From the human T2T-CHM13v2.0 reference genome, Homo sapiens: a DNA stretch of 64,000 nt. The notes beneath the pieces are model-generated. The model made no database searches, was not told where the DNA came from, and worked only from the letters and a program-made list of their open reading frames with translations. Location: NCBI RefSeq assembly GCF_009914755.1, contig NC_060946.1; one strand, given 5' to 3'. A program made the translations under genes and the position numbers. Numbering within the stretch: position 1 is the stretch's first letter; the number at the start of each line of letters is the position of its first letter. Of this stretch, positions 42,497 through 64,000 are shown in pieces.

Positions 42497-43709
42497 GTAA
42501 GGGAGGCCCGGACTGGAGCTGGGACCGGGGCAGGTGACCGGGCTAGGGCTCCCCGGGAACGAGTGTGGGCGCCCCACGCGCGACTCCGCAGGTTTCAACG
42601 CTCGGACACGGAAATACGGTTTGCGTCTCCTAGCACTTTTCTCTCTTGGAGAGGGGAGAAAGGGGCTACATCCTGCCAAGTCTGTATGGTTGGGCCGCCG
42701 GCACCCGAAAGTCCGCGCTGGGGGCCGGGAGCGACTGCAGAGCCCCGAGCTATGGGTGGGGGAGGGCTCAGCGACCCTAGCTTTCACCTTCCTGAAACTT
42801 CGCGCAGACAGTTCCATTTACTCCTCCTCCTACTCATGATTTTAGTTTGGTAGTTTGGTTCATTAATTGTAAGTAGCCCATTTTTCTTCTAAAATGTCAG
42901 CAATTAAACACGTCCGAGCCTGGGTCTTGTATTTATTAGAGACCCCGTCTTACTCCACGTCCCCCGCCCCACACCCCTAGTCTGCGACTTGAAGGAGAGA
43001 GAGAAAAAAAGAGCTTTGTCCAAGTGTATTTGATTCATTCTTAGGGGTTCTACAAGTTAGGACACTCAAAAAAATGTTTGTGATCTCTTTTTCTGTTTTC
43101 CCATGTTGCTTTCGATGTATGGCAAACGTTGTGCAGTTTTGAGTTATCAGATCTAACACGAGCTCTAACTTAACATTTTTGTTGTTGTTTTTACCTTTCC
43201 AGGGACTTTGTTTCAAGGCCTTTCTTTCTCTGCCACGCCTAAGCTGTCTTATTGTTCCTTTTGTTCTCAAAATAAGGGGAGTGTTTTGTATGGAGACTTA
43301 AAATATCTAAAACCTTCATAGAAGGATGCAGTTTGACTCTCAAACCAAGAGGTCTTATCTTGTACAATTTCAGAAATGAAGAACTCAGACCAAATCTATT
43401 CTCTGGGGAAAATGCTGGCATTTTTAAAGGTCATTCTTTTTCCACCAAGAAAGTTTCAAATACTTTTCCTTTTAACTCATTTGCTGAGGAGAAAGCTTGC
43501 AAGTTGTGACTTATAGTTGCTTGATAGATTTTGTACAGTATTTGTCATTTGCATTTACAGCTCTTTGGATTCTACATTTTTTTAACCTAGTAAAAGAAAT
43601 TTAGCATGCGACAAGGGTAAAATTTTTGTTTTATGTCAAACTGATGGCAGGCTGTGTGTATTCCCACCTTAGAGAAGTGAGTTGAAATGTATCTTTTAAA
43701 AACAACAAC

Positions 43710-46950
<3,241 letters not shown>

Positions 46951-46952
46951 TT

Positions 46953-47293
<341 letters not shown>

Positions 47294-47958
47294 TTACTGT
47301 TTACATGTGTAAACTATAATTTCAAGTTCTTCAGTGCTGTCTTTATCCATTCATTCATTTATAGTGCCTGTTATGTTGCAGCTCTGTTCTAGGGATTGGG
47401 GATTGAACAACGGATCAGACAGTGCTAGTTTTGGTCATCCCAGGAAAACTAAGCAGAGGCTTGCTCAAGAACTACTGACGTCTTGGTGGGGTTCGGAGAT
47501 TGGGGGAAGAGGAGATGGACAAAGTCTCCCAAGAGGAAGTAGTACTGGGTCTGCAGAATGACCCAACAAAGAATGAGGGCAAGGGATTCCAGGCAGTGGG
47601 AATTACTTGTACATAGGCCCTGAGACCTGAGAGCAGCGTGGGTTTGAGGCTCACAGTAGGAAGATTAGTAAGGCTGTAGCTAAGGAGAGGAGGAGGAAAA
47701 AACAGGGTTGGAAGGAGGGAGGAGAAATTAGATAAGGCTGGAAAAGTCAACCGGAGCCAGATCAGAAAGGTTCTGTAACCATGTGAGAAATGTATTACAT
47801 ATGTGAACTATACATTTATATCTCATGTCATTGGATTTTTGAGGTAGAAAATATTTAATTTATACCTGAGGAATGACTGTAAATTTCTTTCTTTCCACAT
47901 ATTCTTAAATGATCTCATCAATTTAATTTTAAATAATTCAATCACCATTTAGCTCAAG

Positions 47959-48590
<632 letters not shown>

Positions 48591-49664
48591 ATTCTTTTAC
48601 CGTCTAAGAAACATAATTTGGATAAATATTTACTGCCAAATGAGTTACTAAATATTTAAAAGGACAAGATTAAATGGTCTTTGAGGTTTCTTTTAACTTG
48701 GAGATTTGTATCCAACCAGATTTCACCTGAGACTGAAGTTATTTCCTACTGTCAGCGATAATGGAAGCACTACAGTTGTGGCATTCAAGTATTACAGTGA
48801 ATTACAATTATACTGTCAGCAATATTATGTTAACAGTACATTGTTTATGGCAATATTATCTAACATATTTTAAGCCCTGTTCCTTTTGTTACTGAGAGGT
48901 CCAAAATAACATTTTACAAGTATAGTTGAATATAGCATCAGTAAATTCGTTATGAGGAAGACTCCTTCATAATTGCTTTTAAGGATTAAACATGTATCTA
49001 AGGACAACACCAAGGAACTACTAGAAATAACCCTCGAGTCAGTCTTTTCCGTTCTGTTTCCACAGCCTTAGTTTTCTATTACTTTTAGGAATGACCTTTG
49101 TTAACTAAGTCATTAAAATCCAATAAACATAAACTCTTCAGACCCCACTGCTGGATCATACTCTTGGCAGCAAGCAGAGGAAGGCAGGGGCTACCACTGT
49201 TTTACAGAATAATAGTAAGTCAATGATCCAAGAAATGACTTCCCAGGGAAAGGGCAAATTAAATACGTTCACAACCTTGGGCTGTTGAGAGTGGTTTTGG
49301 CTCTTGGCTTGCACTTTGACGTCTTTAATTCTTTTCTTGCTAAACCAACTTCAGTATTGGAAAGATAGCTCATGTATAAAATAACATGGAAATGTACATC
49401 ACATCCCATTTGTTTTGGGTTTTTGTCTTTTTTTTTCTTTTTTTGGAAAATAGTTCAATAGTACTATCTCTTCCTTAATTTCTTAATGAGTGTCAATACC
49501 AAGGGGCAGCTTTGGGGATCTTTAGCCCAAATCTAAGCAAAAATATAATCTGAGTAAAAACTGTGTATATTTATCAAATGCAACATCAAGACAAGCCCCC
49601 CAGCTCCCACTTGGTGCTGCCTGTTCTGTAAGCTCTTGCTATATATATATATATATTATATTAA

Positions 49665-50170
<506 letters not shown>

Positions 50171-50916
50171 GGCTTATGCATGTTTTTAAAGAAATGGTAG
50201 ATAAGAGATCTAAGGTATTCCAGTGACTATGAAACTGAGGTGAATGACTAAGGGACTGAGACTTCTCTCTCCAAACCTGTTTCTCCACTAGTATTCCAAG
50301 CCTTCCCAGTTACTCCAACCTGAAAATGAGTCATCCTTGGCTCCTCATTACCAACCCTCACCCCACCCTTCTCCATCCACCAGCAGATCTGTTTATTCCA
50401 CTTCCAAAATATACCCCAAATGTTCTTCCTCTTCCTCCGTACTCCAAGCTACCATGCCGTGTAAGTTATGATTGTGATTTTTGCATGTCTTCTTCCACTG
50501 CTACCTGGAAGCTGGAGTGACCTTTCAAAATATACAACAGATCAGATCATGTCACTCTCCTGCCAAAAGCCCTCCAAAGTTCTTATGGTGATCTAGCTGC
50601 CTCTTCAAACTCATCACACATCTGATCTTAGATGTATTATGCTTCAAGCACATTGGTCTTCTTGTAGTCCCTCAAACAAGCTTCTTTCAGGACTGTGGCT
50701 CTGAACAAGCTTTCCTCTCTGCCACGGATGCTATTCCCTCCTGCTATGGCAGGTCTGACTCCTAATGTCCTTTAATCTTTGCCTAAATTTCACCTCCAGC
50801 CCTTACCTGGCTTCCTAAAGTGGTGGTGCCCCCTCTCTGATGTTATTTTATCTCTGTGCTTTTCTCTTAATAGTAATAATTAGAACTTGTAATTATTTTG
50901 TTAATATTTAAAATCT

Positions 50917-51345
50917 AGCTGGACATGGTGGCTCACGCCTGTAATCCCAGCATTTTGGGAGGCCAAGGCAGGAGGATCACCTGAGGTCAGGGGTTCGAGA
51001 CCAGTCTGGCCAACTGGCAAAACCCCATCTCTACTAAAAATACAAAATTAGCCAGGTGTCATGTTGCACACCTGTAATCCTAGCTACTCACGTGGCTGAG
51101 GCAGGAGAATTTCTTGAACCCAGGAGGCGGAGGTTGCAGTGAGCCAAGATAGCACCATGTTCTCCAGCCTGAGAGACAAGAGCAATGTGGGGTAGGGGGA
51201 GGGGGGAGGGATAGCATTAGGAGATATACCTAATGCTAAATGACGAGTTAATAGGTGCAGCACACCAGCATGGCGCATGTATACATATGTAAGTAATCTG
51301 CACATTGTGCACATGTACCCTAAAACTTAAAGTATAATAATAATT
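50917..51345 (+). mobile_element. Tail-less AluS (50917-51185) fused to the 3' end of an L1PA (51186-51345)
   Basis: The Alu stops at gacaagagcaa and runs straight into tgtggggtagggggag...cttaaagtataataa. One flanking direct repeat (aaaatcta) brackets the whole unit. Confidence 0.9.
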
Positions 51346-52649
51346 TTTAAAAAATCTACTTTCTTCACTCGACTGTAGGGTGGTGGAAGAGGTCAGGGGA
51401 CCTGTCTGTCCTGTTTGCCATCCTGTTCCTAGTGCCTAACATGGAGTAAACCCTAAACATTCATGGAATGGATAGCACTGCTGTTCACAGATATATGTCT
51501 TACCTACTTTCATTTCCTTGAGTGTTGTGGTGGTGTTAAAAAAGAAAGCCATTTTATTCTACATTATTCTACAACACAAAGGGCTGTGCTCCAGTGAAAT
51601 TTGAAGTGCCTTTTGTGGAGTGTGCTTTGAGTAAAGTTCATTTAAATCAGGTACTTATAAATGTTAGGTCAATTACAAATATGGTGTCCCATTTTCTTTT
51701 CTAACCTAAACGAGATATTTTAAAAGAGTCTCATTCTATCCGGTAAGAATAAGGAAAGAGGCAAGTAATCTTATTTTTTGGACCAAGCGGCCATGAGGTC
51801 ATAAGACCTAAAAATCTTTACACTCCCAGGCAACACCTGCTCATTAATTATCTGGGAGACTGGTAAGGATTTAAAAGTAATTTTTTCCTTAAGCCCAGGA
51901 ATCATTTAAAAAATCTGTATAACATTTTTTTCTCATGTAGTCTTAGCCCCGAAGAATATTAAGTCTATCAATTAGGTTATAATTCAAATCTTATCAAGAA
52001 ATAAATGCTTATATAAATCAAGATTAAAAAAATTTTCAAAGCAGCGTTTTTTAAACAGTCACTTTTTAAAATCCCCATCAAAATGGTAAAATTCATTGTG
52101 ATCCTGACCTCTGATGCTGTCAGCCACAGGAAGGGACAAAACGACTTGAGGTTGAAGCCGTGTCTTTCCCAAAGCTCAGGTTCACCAAACATGGTCTCCA
52201 GATGGAGTCTGCTCCTCAGAACCTGGGCTTTACTTCTCGATGGGAGAAGGAAGCAGTGTTAAAACTTGTCTATTCTGAACTAGCCAACCAGATTAAAGGA
52301 GGGGTTTGTGCATACCAACATCATCCCAGAATGACCTGAATGACTCACTACCTGCAGACAGTGGTGCAAACTCATTAACAAGTAAACAACTCACACCAGT
52401 GCTCTGTGCTCACAGGGCTGGGGACATTCCTGGGTATTTTTCTTAAGGGAGGCTGGAAGAAGGGAGGAGGCATTCCTTTCTCCCAGAGGCAAAGGCCAGT
52501 TCCTTTTGCTGTGCCCCAGGCCTTTCCTGGTTGGTATAAACTCTTCCAGGCCTTTTCTTGGGAAGGTGCTCTCATCCCCACACTCCTGCCTCCTCCCTCC
52601 ACCTGTTGTGCACTCCCTGAGAGAAACAAAACAAGTTAATTAGCTTATT

Positions 52650-54835
<2,186 letters not shown>

Positions 54836-55544
54836 TTAAACACTTCCCCAGGCCAGTGCATTAGCAGTTAGCTCCTTACTGAATATTATCTGCAGCAAAC
54901 AGTAGCTGACTCCTAGCTCTCTTCAGTGAACTTGAATTGAAATTTATAGAATTCTCATGACTTCTATTTCATCTTGAAACCCAGAGATTTCTTCCTTTTC
55001 CTAGTGATTTATCTTTCAATTATATGTAGACTGAACCAGTCCCAGCTGTCTTTAGTTGGTCTCTATTCAAACACTGTACTTTTGTTTCTTGATTACATCT
55101 TCAATTATTTTAGTTATTTCTGAGATTCTCCCCTGTAATTTCTCCAACTATCTAGGGCATAAAGAGTGCATGAATAACATTATGAAGGCTGTGAGACTTC
55201 AAATAAATGAGTAGCCTTTCTGAGTCTCAGTTTTCTCCTCTGTAAACCAGGAATAATTTTTACTGAACAAAGTTGTTCTAAGGATTAGTGAAATGTATGT
55301 ACAGCCTTTAGCATTTAATAGGTGATCAAATGGTAAGTGATGCTTATAAAATGTTTTTATCATGGTAAAATATACGAAGCATAAAACTTACCAGCCTTTT
55401 AATCTAAATTGTCTTATTGTGATAGGCTTGCTTATAGTAAAACAAACTCTTATCTTTTTAGTATCTGTAGGATCTATAGTGATAACTCTTCACTCCTTAT
55501 ATTCTAACTTGTGCCTAATTAGTTAGGCACAACTCTTACTAATT

Positions 55545-57548
<2,004 letters not shown>

Positions 57549-57739
57549 GAGATTAGCAACTGGAATACTGTTTTCAAAGAAACAGCTTTGGCTTTTTATA
57601 TTTTCTCTATTATGTCTTTGGTTTTTTTTTTCATTGATTTCAGCTTTTATCCTTATTATTTCCATCATTTTAATTTCATTCAGCTTAATTTGCTGGGATT
57701 TTTGAGATGGATGCATAGATCATTGGAGTTTTTTCTTTT

Positions 57740-57897
57740 TCTTTTTTTTGAGATAGGGTCTTACTGTGTCACTCAGGCTATAGTGCAGTGATGAATCATA
57801 GCTCATAGCAGCCTTAAATTACTGAGCTCAAGTGATCCAATCCTCCCTCCTCAGCCTTCCAAGTAGCTGGGACCACAGGTGTGTGTCACCATGCCCA

Positions 57898-57936
<39 letters not shown>

Positions 57937-58046
57937 GACAGGTCTCACTATGTTGCCTGGGCTGGTATTGAAGTTCTGGCCTCAAGCAAACCTCCTGTCT
58001 TGGCCTTCCAAAATGTTGGGATTATACATGTGAGCCACCACACCTA
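57740..58046 (-). mobile_element. AluJ with an expanded central T run
   Basis: Antisense diverged Alu. Confidence 0.85.
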
Positions 58047-58940
58047 TCATATCAGTTTTTCAGTACTTTTTTTGTTTTGTTTTCAAATACATGTGTTTAC
58101 GATTATAGATTCCCCCCACCCCAGATTTAGTCACATCCCACAAGTTTTCTACTTTTGTAAAATATTATTGAAGTATAATATACCTGAGAGAAAGTGTGCC
58201 ATCTTAAAGGTACAAGTGGGTGAATTATCACAATGTAAATAAACCTCTGTAAGTAGCACCAAGATAAAAAAAAAACTACTAGTTATTTAAACCTAGGTTT
58301 GATAATATTACCAATGACTTTAAAGTTCATGTCTGATAATTCTAATACCTGAAGCACTTGTGGGTTTGTTTCTTTTTTCTGTTTTTTATTTTGCTCAGTT
58401 TTCAGTCACTTGATCATATATCCTGGCATTCCTGGTAACATATACATACTTCTCATTTTTAAAAATTGTACAGCTCTAGCATAAAGAGTCTTACAATGGG
58501 AACTTATCCCCCATCTATAACTTTTTTTACACTTTGTTTTTACTCTTTCTAGACTTTATTATTTTACTTTTTGGATAAGTAATATAGTTACAAGTTTCTA
58601 AGATAAAAATTACGAAAGAGTGTTAGTGAAAAGTCTCATTCTTGCAATGCCAGCACCCTCTTCCTGTCCTACAGGTAACCACCATGATTAATTTCTGGTA
58701 TATCATTCCAGAGATAGTTTAATCCTCATATATACAAGCAAATTATGTATACTGCATTCCTGTGTCTGTTCTGTACTTTGCTTTTTTCACCTAACATTAT
58801 ATTTTGGTGAGTTTTCTGTTTAGTACATAATACATTTTCTCATATTTTAAACAACTGTATTCTGTTGTATGAATTTATCATAATTTATTGAATCATTCCA
58901 CTGCTGATGGACATCCAGTTTGTTTCCAGACGTTTGCTAT

Positions 58941-59697
<757 letters not shown>

Positions 59698-60652
59698 GAA
59701 GAGCTATTTTTACAATTATAAGCAAAGCTGCAAGAAACAATGTGTATCTGACATTTTGCATTTGGGCAAGTATATCTGCAAAATGAATGTCTAGATGTGG
59801 ACTAGGTAGTTAGTTTTGATAATTGTTAAATCACTCTCCTCTAGACGGGTTATACCAGTTTATACTTCTAGCAGCAATGTGAGTGAATACCTCTTTCCCA
59901 CAGCCTTCTCAACTCAGTGTGTTATCAAACTTAGAATTTTTACTGTTCTGCTAGTAAAAAGCCCTAATTTCTTTGGATAACTTACTAATTATTGAGTCTT
60001 CCTCATCTGCACAACGTGGTTAGAAGCTCCTTCAGAGTTACGCCTGGGTCCTTATTTCTATTTTTTTCTACACTGCATACCTTTGTGTCCTTCCTGTTAA
60101 CCTTACATAGGGCGGGCTCCCTGCACAGAAGGAGGAGACGATATACTCAACGGCATCTGTGCGTGATAGAGGGGAAAAAAATGCGATGTAGAATCCATTC
60201 TATCCATCTATCAAGTTCCGTTTAGGAAAACAAAATATCCTAATCACAATAATTGACTAGTGAAGACTGAAGAAGCGGTTGCCAGCAATGCCCTGATCGT
60301 TTTTGATGTTGACTGGTTGACATAAGGCGGGATCAACAAACACACAGCACGTGTGTGGCCCTGGCAGCTGATTCAGATCCTTCCCACTAAGGTCAACATT
60401 ACCCAGGCTCTTGGAGTCAACCACTCCTCATTGATTATTTGCACATGAGATAAACCTGTTTGTTTTACCATACTGAAGGACTAACAGAATCACAAACTGT
60501 AACTCAAGTGCTTTTCCAGTGAAGAGTGAAATAGGAAAGAACGAAAATAACATATATCTACCCCCTCCTCCTCTTCCTTTAGCTTGGGTTCATCATTACC
60601 TCCATTTCTCCATTTTATTTTTGTTTCCTTTTTATTGGCACCACCCAAGTAT

Positions 60653-60654
<2 letters not shown>

Positions 60655-60694
<40 letters not shown>
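60655..60694. repeat. (GT)20 microsatellite
   Basis: Perfect GT run. Confidence 0.95.
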
Positions 60695-60697
<3 letters not shown>

Positions 60698-60820
60698 ATA
60701 TTAAAACTTTAGGGAAAGAAACAGCTCTCTTAAAAATGTCAGCAACTTCAATTCATTGCTTTTTAAATATCCTGGTTAATTATTTACACCCTTGGTTAAA
60801 ATATTCAATCATCTACTTAA

Positions 60821-61144
<324 letters not shown>

Positions 61145-61794
61145 TAGCTTTAATGTGAATCAGTGTTAGCATACACATTCAGAATTCTTTCAACCTCAAA
61201 CCACAAAACTTAATTATGTATCATGGAAATACAAATCAGAACAAAAATCTATTGACTGTGAGCCCACATAACATAATTTTTGTTTCCTGAAAACAGAAGT
61301 ATGCAAGTGGATGAGGCCTTTTAAGGGAATCTTGTGGCTTCTCAGTCCTTGCTGTTCTGAATTGGTGATTATCCACAGAAATGCCCAACAGGTGATTGTA
61401 AAGATACTGGTAATTCTCCACTCTTATCTGATTGCACCTACATTTTGCTTGTTGCTCATTCTGCATAACATCTAAATGCTGCCTGACACCTAAACCCTTT
61501 AGTAGTCGGCCAAAAGGAGGAACGAGGGCATGTTTATGAAACAGACAGCTGTCGTGAGTCCTGGCGCTCAGCTTCATTCACTAATCAGTTGTCAGTTGGC
61601 AACTTGATTACAGATAACTTCAGTGTGAGTCAGGCTCGTTTGCCACAGCTGTTTCCCTTAAAAGTTCTCTGATAAGTCATTGCCACCACTACTTCCAAAT
61701 AGCATATGTTAACTTTGAGTTAATTTTAGATAATCTCGGGTTAATTTAAACAATTTTGGCACCAACAACATGTTTAGGCTAGGCAGCATGGATG

Positions 61795-61972
61795 GGTATA
61801 GGAATCCGTCAATCTGGGTTGCTGTGTACCAGCTCTGGGACTGGGGGCAAGTTGTAGCAGCCCTGAGCCTGCTGCTTCACCTGTATCAGGGGAGGCTGAG
61901 ACCCACCTTGCAGGGGTCTTGTGAAGATTAAATGCAATGCTGTGTGAATGGTGCCTACCTTCGTGCCTGGTC
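61795..61972 (+). mobile_element. MIR
   Basis: ccctgagcctgctgcttcacctgtatcagggga...gtgaagattaaatgcaatgc...gtgcctgg. Confidence 0.7.
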
Positions 61973-62402
61973 TGTCAAGACCAGGCAGTTTACACAAAAA
62001 CACTTGATATTGACTATGAAACAAGATCCGGAAGAGAACAAATATAAATACAGATGGATCAGCTAAATGAAGGACTGCCGAGTAAAAACACAAAGAGGAT
62101 GTTTGTGAGTGGAGGGGGATGGATCTCCTTCCCCACCCAGCAGTGAATATCATGGGAATCTCTCTCTACCTGAATCTACCTCTTATAATTCTTAAATTAA
62201 GAACCATTAGAACTCTTCTAAGCTTTCTAAATACTCATTACAGTATGAAACCCTGCCCACCTCCCAGACAACTTCCTATGGACATTCGATTTTTTAAACA
62301 TAGGATATGTTAAGTGATGGTCTTCATTCCTCGATGTCACATTTTAAATTTGTATTACTTTTTCTTCATTTTCCAAAGCTCCAGCTCAGCATTTTTGTAT
62401 GC

Positions 62403-62443
<41 letters not shown>

Positions 62444-63189
62444 TTTTAAAGTCTCAGTAGCCTTTTTAATGTGTCGATTTCTACACCCCAGCCTCAGGTA
62501 GTATAAGCTTCATGAGGACAGGAACCAGCCCTGCCTGCTCACACTGTCACCAGCATGTTCACAGGGCCGACACATGCCAGGCACTCAGGTATTAGTTGAA
62601 TAGGTAAATGGAAGACTGGAAAATGTAGGCTGAACTGAGAACTTGTGGATAGACACACCTCAGTGATTTGTGAAAAGGAAGATTGGTCCAAAGCAATGTT
62701 TGTTAACCAAATTTTCATTATCAAAGAGGAAAAACTAAACATTCCCTAAGAGAAATGAAAAAGGAATAAAATTTTTGTTAGATGATGTTGAGCTTTGAAA
62801 TGCCACCAAGGACACTTTCAATATCAAATCTTCCTCATCCCCCCAACTCCAGAAAACTAGTTTTTGCTCAGGTACTGGCTCAGTGGAAAATGTGTGGTCT
62901 GAAGCTGTAGTCTCCTAGTTTGTGAGTCTCCTTATTTTCACTGCCTGAAGGTTTGAGTCACCGTGGAAGGGGAGGAGGGGTGGTGGAGATCAGAAGTGAG
63001 GTCTGTGAACTCTGGAGTTGACTTAGGTGCAGAGAGGATGAGGTAGAACTGCTGGCAGGGAGGCCCCATCTGATCCAAGAGTGAGCTCGGCAGGCAGAAA
63101 GCACTTGGCAAAGCCCAGGGAATGGTTGGGAGAGACTGATAGACCCAGCACTCCTATTCCTTGAGGCCGGTCAGTGATGTGTATTAACC

Positions 63190-63340
63190 TAGGGTGGCTC
63201 TAACTTTAATGTGTCAGTGAAAGGGATCCGGCTACAACTCCACACTCCTGAGGTGGGGCCCAGTGGTCTGCATTTCTGTCAAAAATACTGCGAGGGAGCA
63301 CCAGGCTGCTCCTTCCACAGGCCATACTTTGAGAAGCATG
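63190..63340. mobile_element. MER5-like DNA transposon fragment
   Basis: ctgaggtggggcccag...tctgcattt...ccatactttgagaagc. Confidence 0.6.
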
Positions 63341-63688
63341 ACATTAACTCACCTGTGCATGTTATATTTGTTAAAGGGTAACTTTTCAAAAACAGGAAAA
63401 ACTATCACTCATATAGATATAAATGTTAAATATTTTATTAATGAAGTGAGCAGTGAGATGTTACAACCAGTTCAAAAGGGAACCCAAAGGGACGGACACA
63501 TCTATCACTCAGAATATTGAAATAAACTGGAAATTGATGCATAAGTGGCTTTGCCACATGGAGAAGGATTGGCTTTCCAAGGCAGGTTGATTTGCATGTT
63601 TATAAACAAGAATCATTTGCATTATCAGTTCTTTTCAACTTCACATACCATAAAACAGGTGAAAGGCTAGACTAGAAAACCTTAAAGG

Positions 63689-63975
63689 GGCTGGGTGCAG
63701 TGGCTCACTCCTGTTATCCCAGCACTTTGGGAGGTTGAGGTAGACAGATCTCTTGACCCCAGGAGTTTGAGACCAGCCTGAGCAACATAGACCCTCTCTC
63801 TACAAAAAAAGTTTTCAAAAATTAGCTGAGCATGATGGCATGAGCCTGTAGTCCCAGCTACTCAGGAGGCTGAGGTGGGAGAATCCCTTGAGCCAGGGAA
63901 GTGGAGGTTGCTGTGAGCCAGGATCATACCCTTGCATTCCAGTCTGGGTGATGGAGGGAGATCCTATCTCAAAAG
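63689..63975 (+). mobile_element. AluJ
   Basis: Diverged full dimer. Confidence 0.88.
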
Positions 63976-64000
63976 TCTGAAGGAGTGTGATCTAAACAAT

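Larger units (their letters stand above)
41640..42790. promoter_or_regulatory. CpG island: duplicated DHX32/FANK1 bidirectional promoter
   Basis: GC- and CpG-dense. Contains an RFX X-box-like gttgtcagggcaac (42394-42407), an ETS site acttcctg (42330-42337), a GC-box-like ctccgcctcc, and divergent splice donors on both strands. Confidence 0.88.

Overview
This is primate, very likely human, genomic DNA (it carries an AluYa5 nested in an L1PA2-type element). It has the architecture of a pericentromeric or acrocentric segmental-duplication mosaic and contains no complete protein-coding gene. From left to right: old L1M/L2 sequence (1-5.0 kb); a 1.5-kb CpG-rich GGGGGCAAAAAGCCGC-type tandem repeat (5.05-6.6 kb) fused directly to a truncated CEP89 exon; an AT-rich, Alu-poor block carrying a copy of the ROBO2a signal-peptide exon (10155-10276); a ~7.9-kb HSat3 (CATTC)n array (22.66-30.6 kb); and an Alu-rich block copied from the DHX32/FANK1 bidirectional CpG-island promoter and FANK1 intron 1. 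The gene assignments come from my recall of the protein sequences, not from a database search. The most interesting structures are: (i) a 1.28-kb composite insertion made of a GA(AT)n array, 134-bp inverted arms and a 38-bp inverted templated patch; (ii) captured promoters and splice donors pointing into the HSat3 array from both sides; (iii) several smaller templated-insertion and nested-retrotransposon scars. Nearly all ORFs in the supplied track are repeat artefacts.
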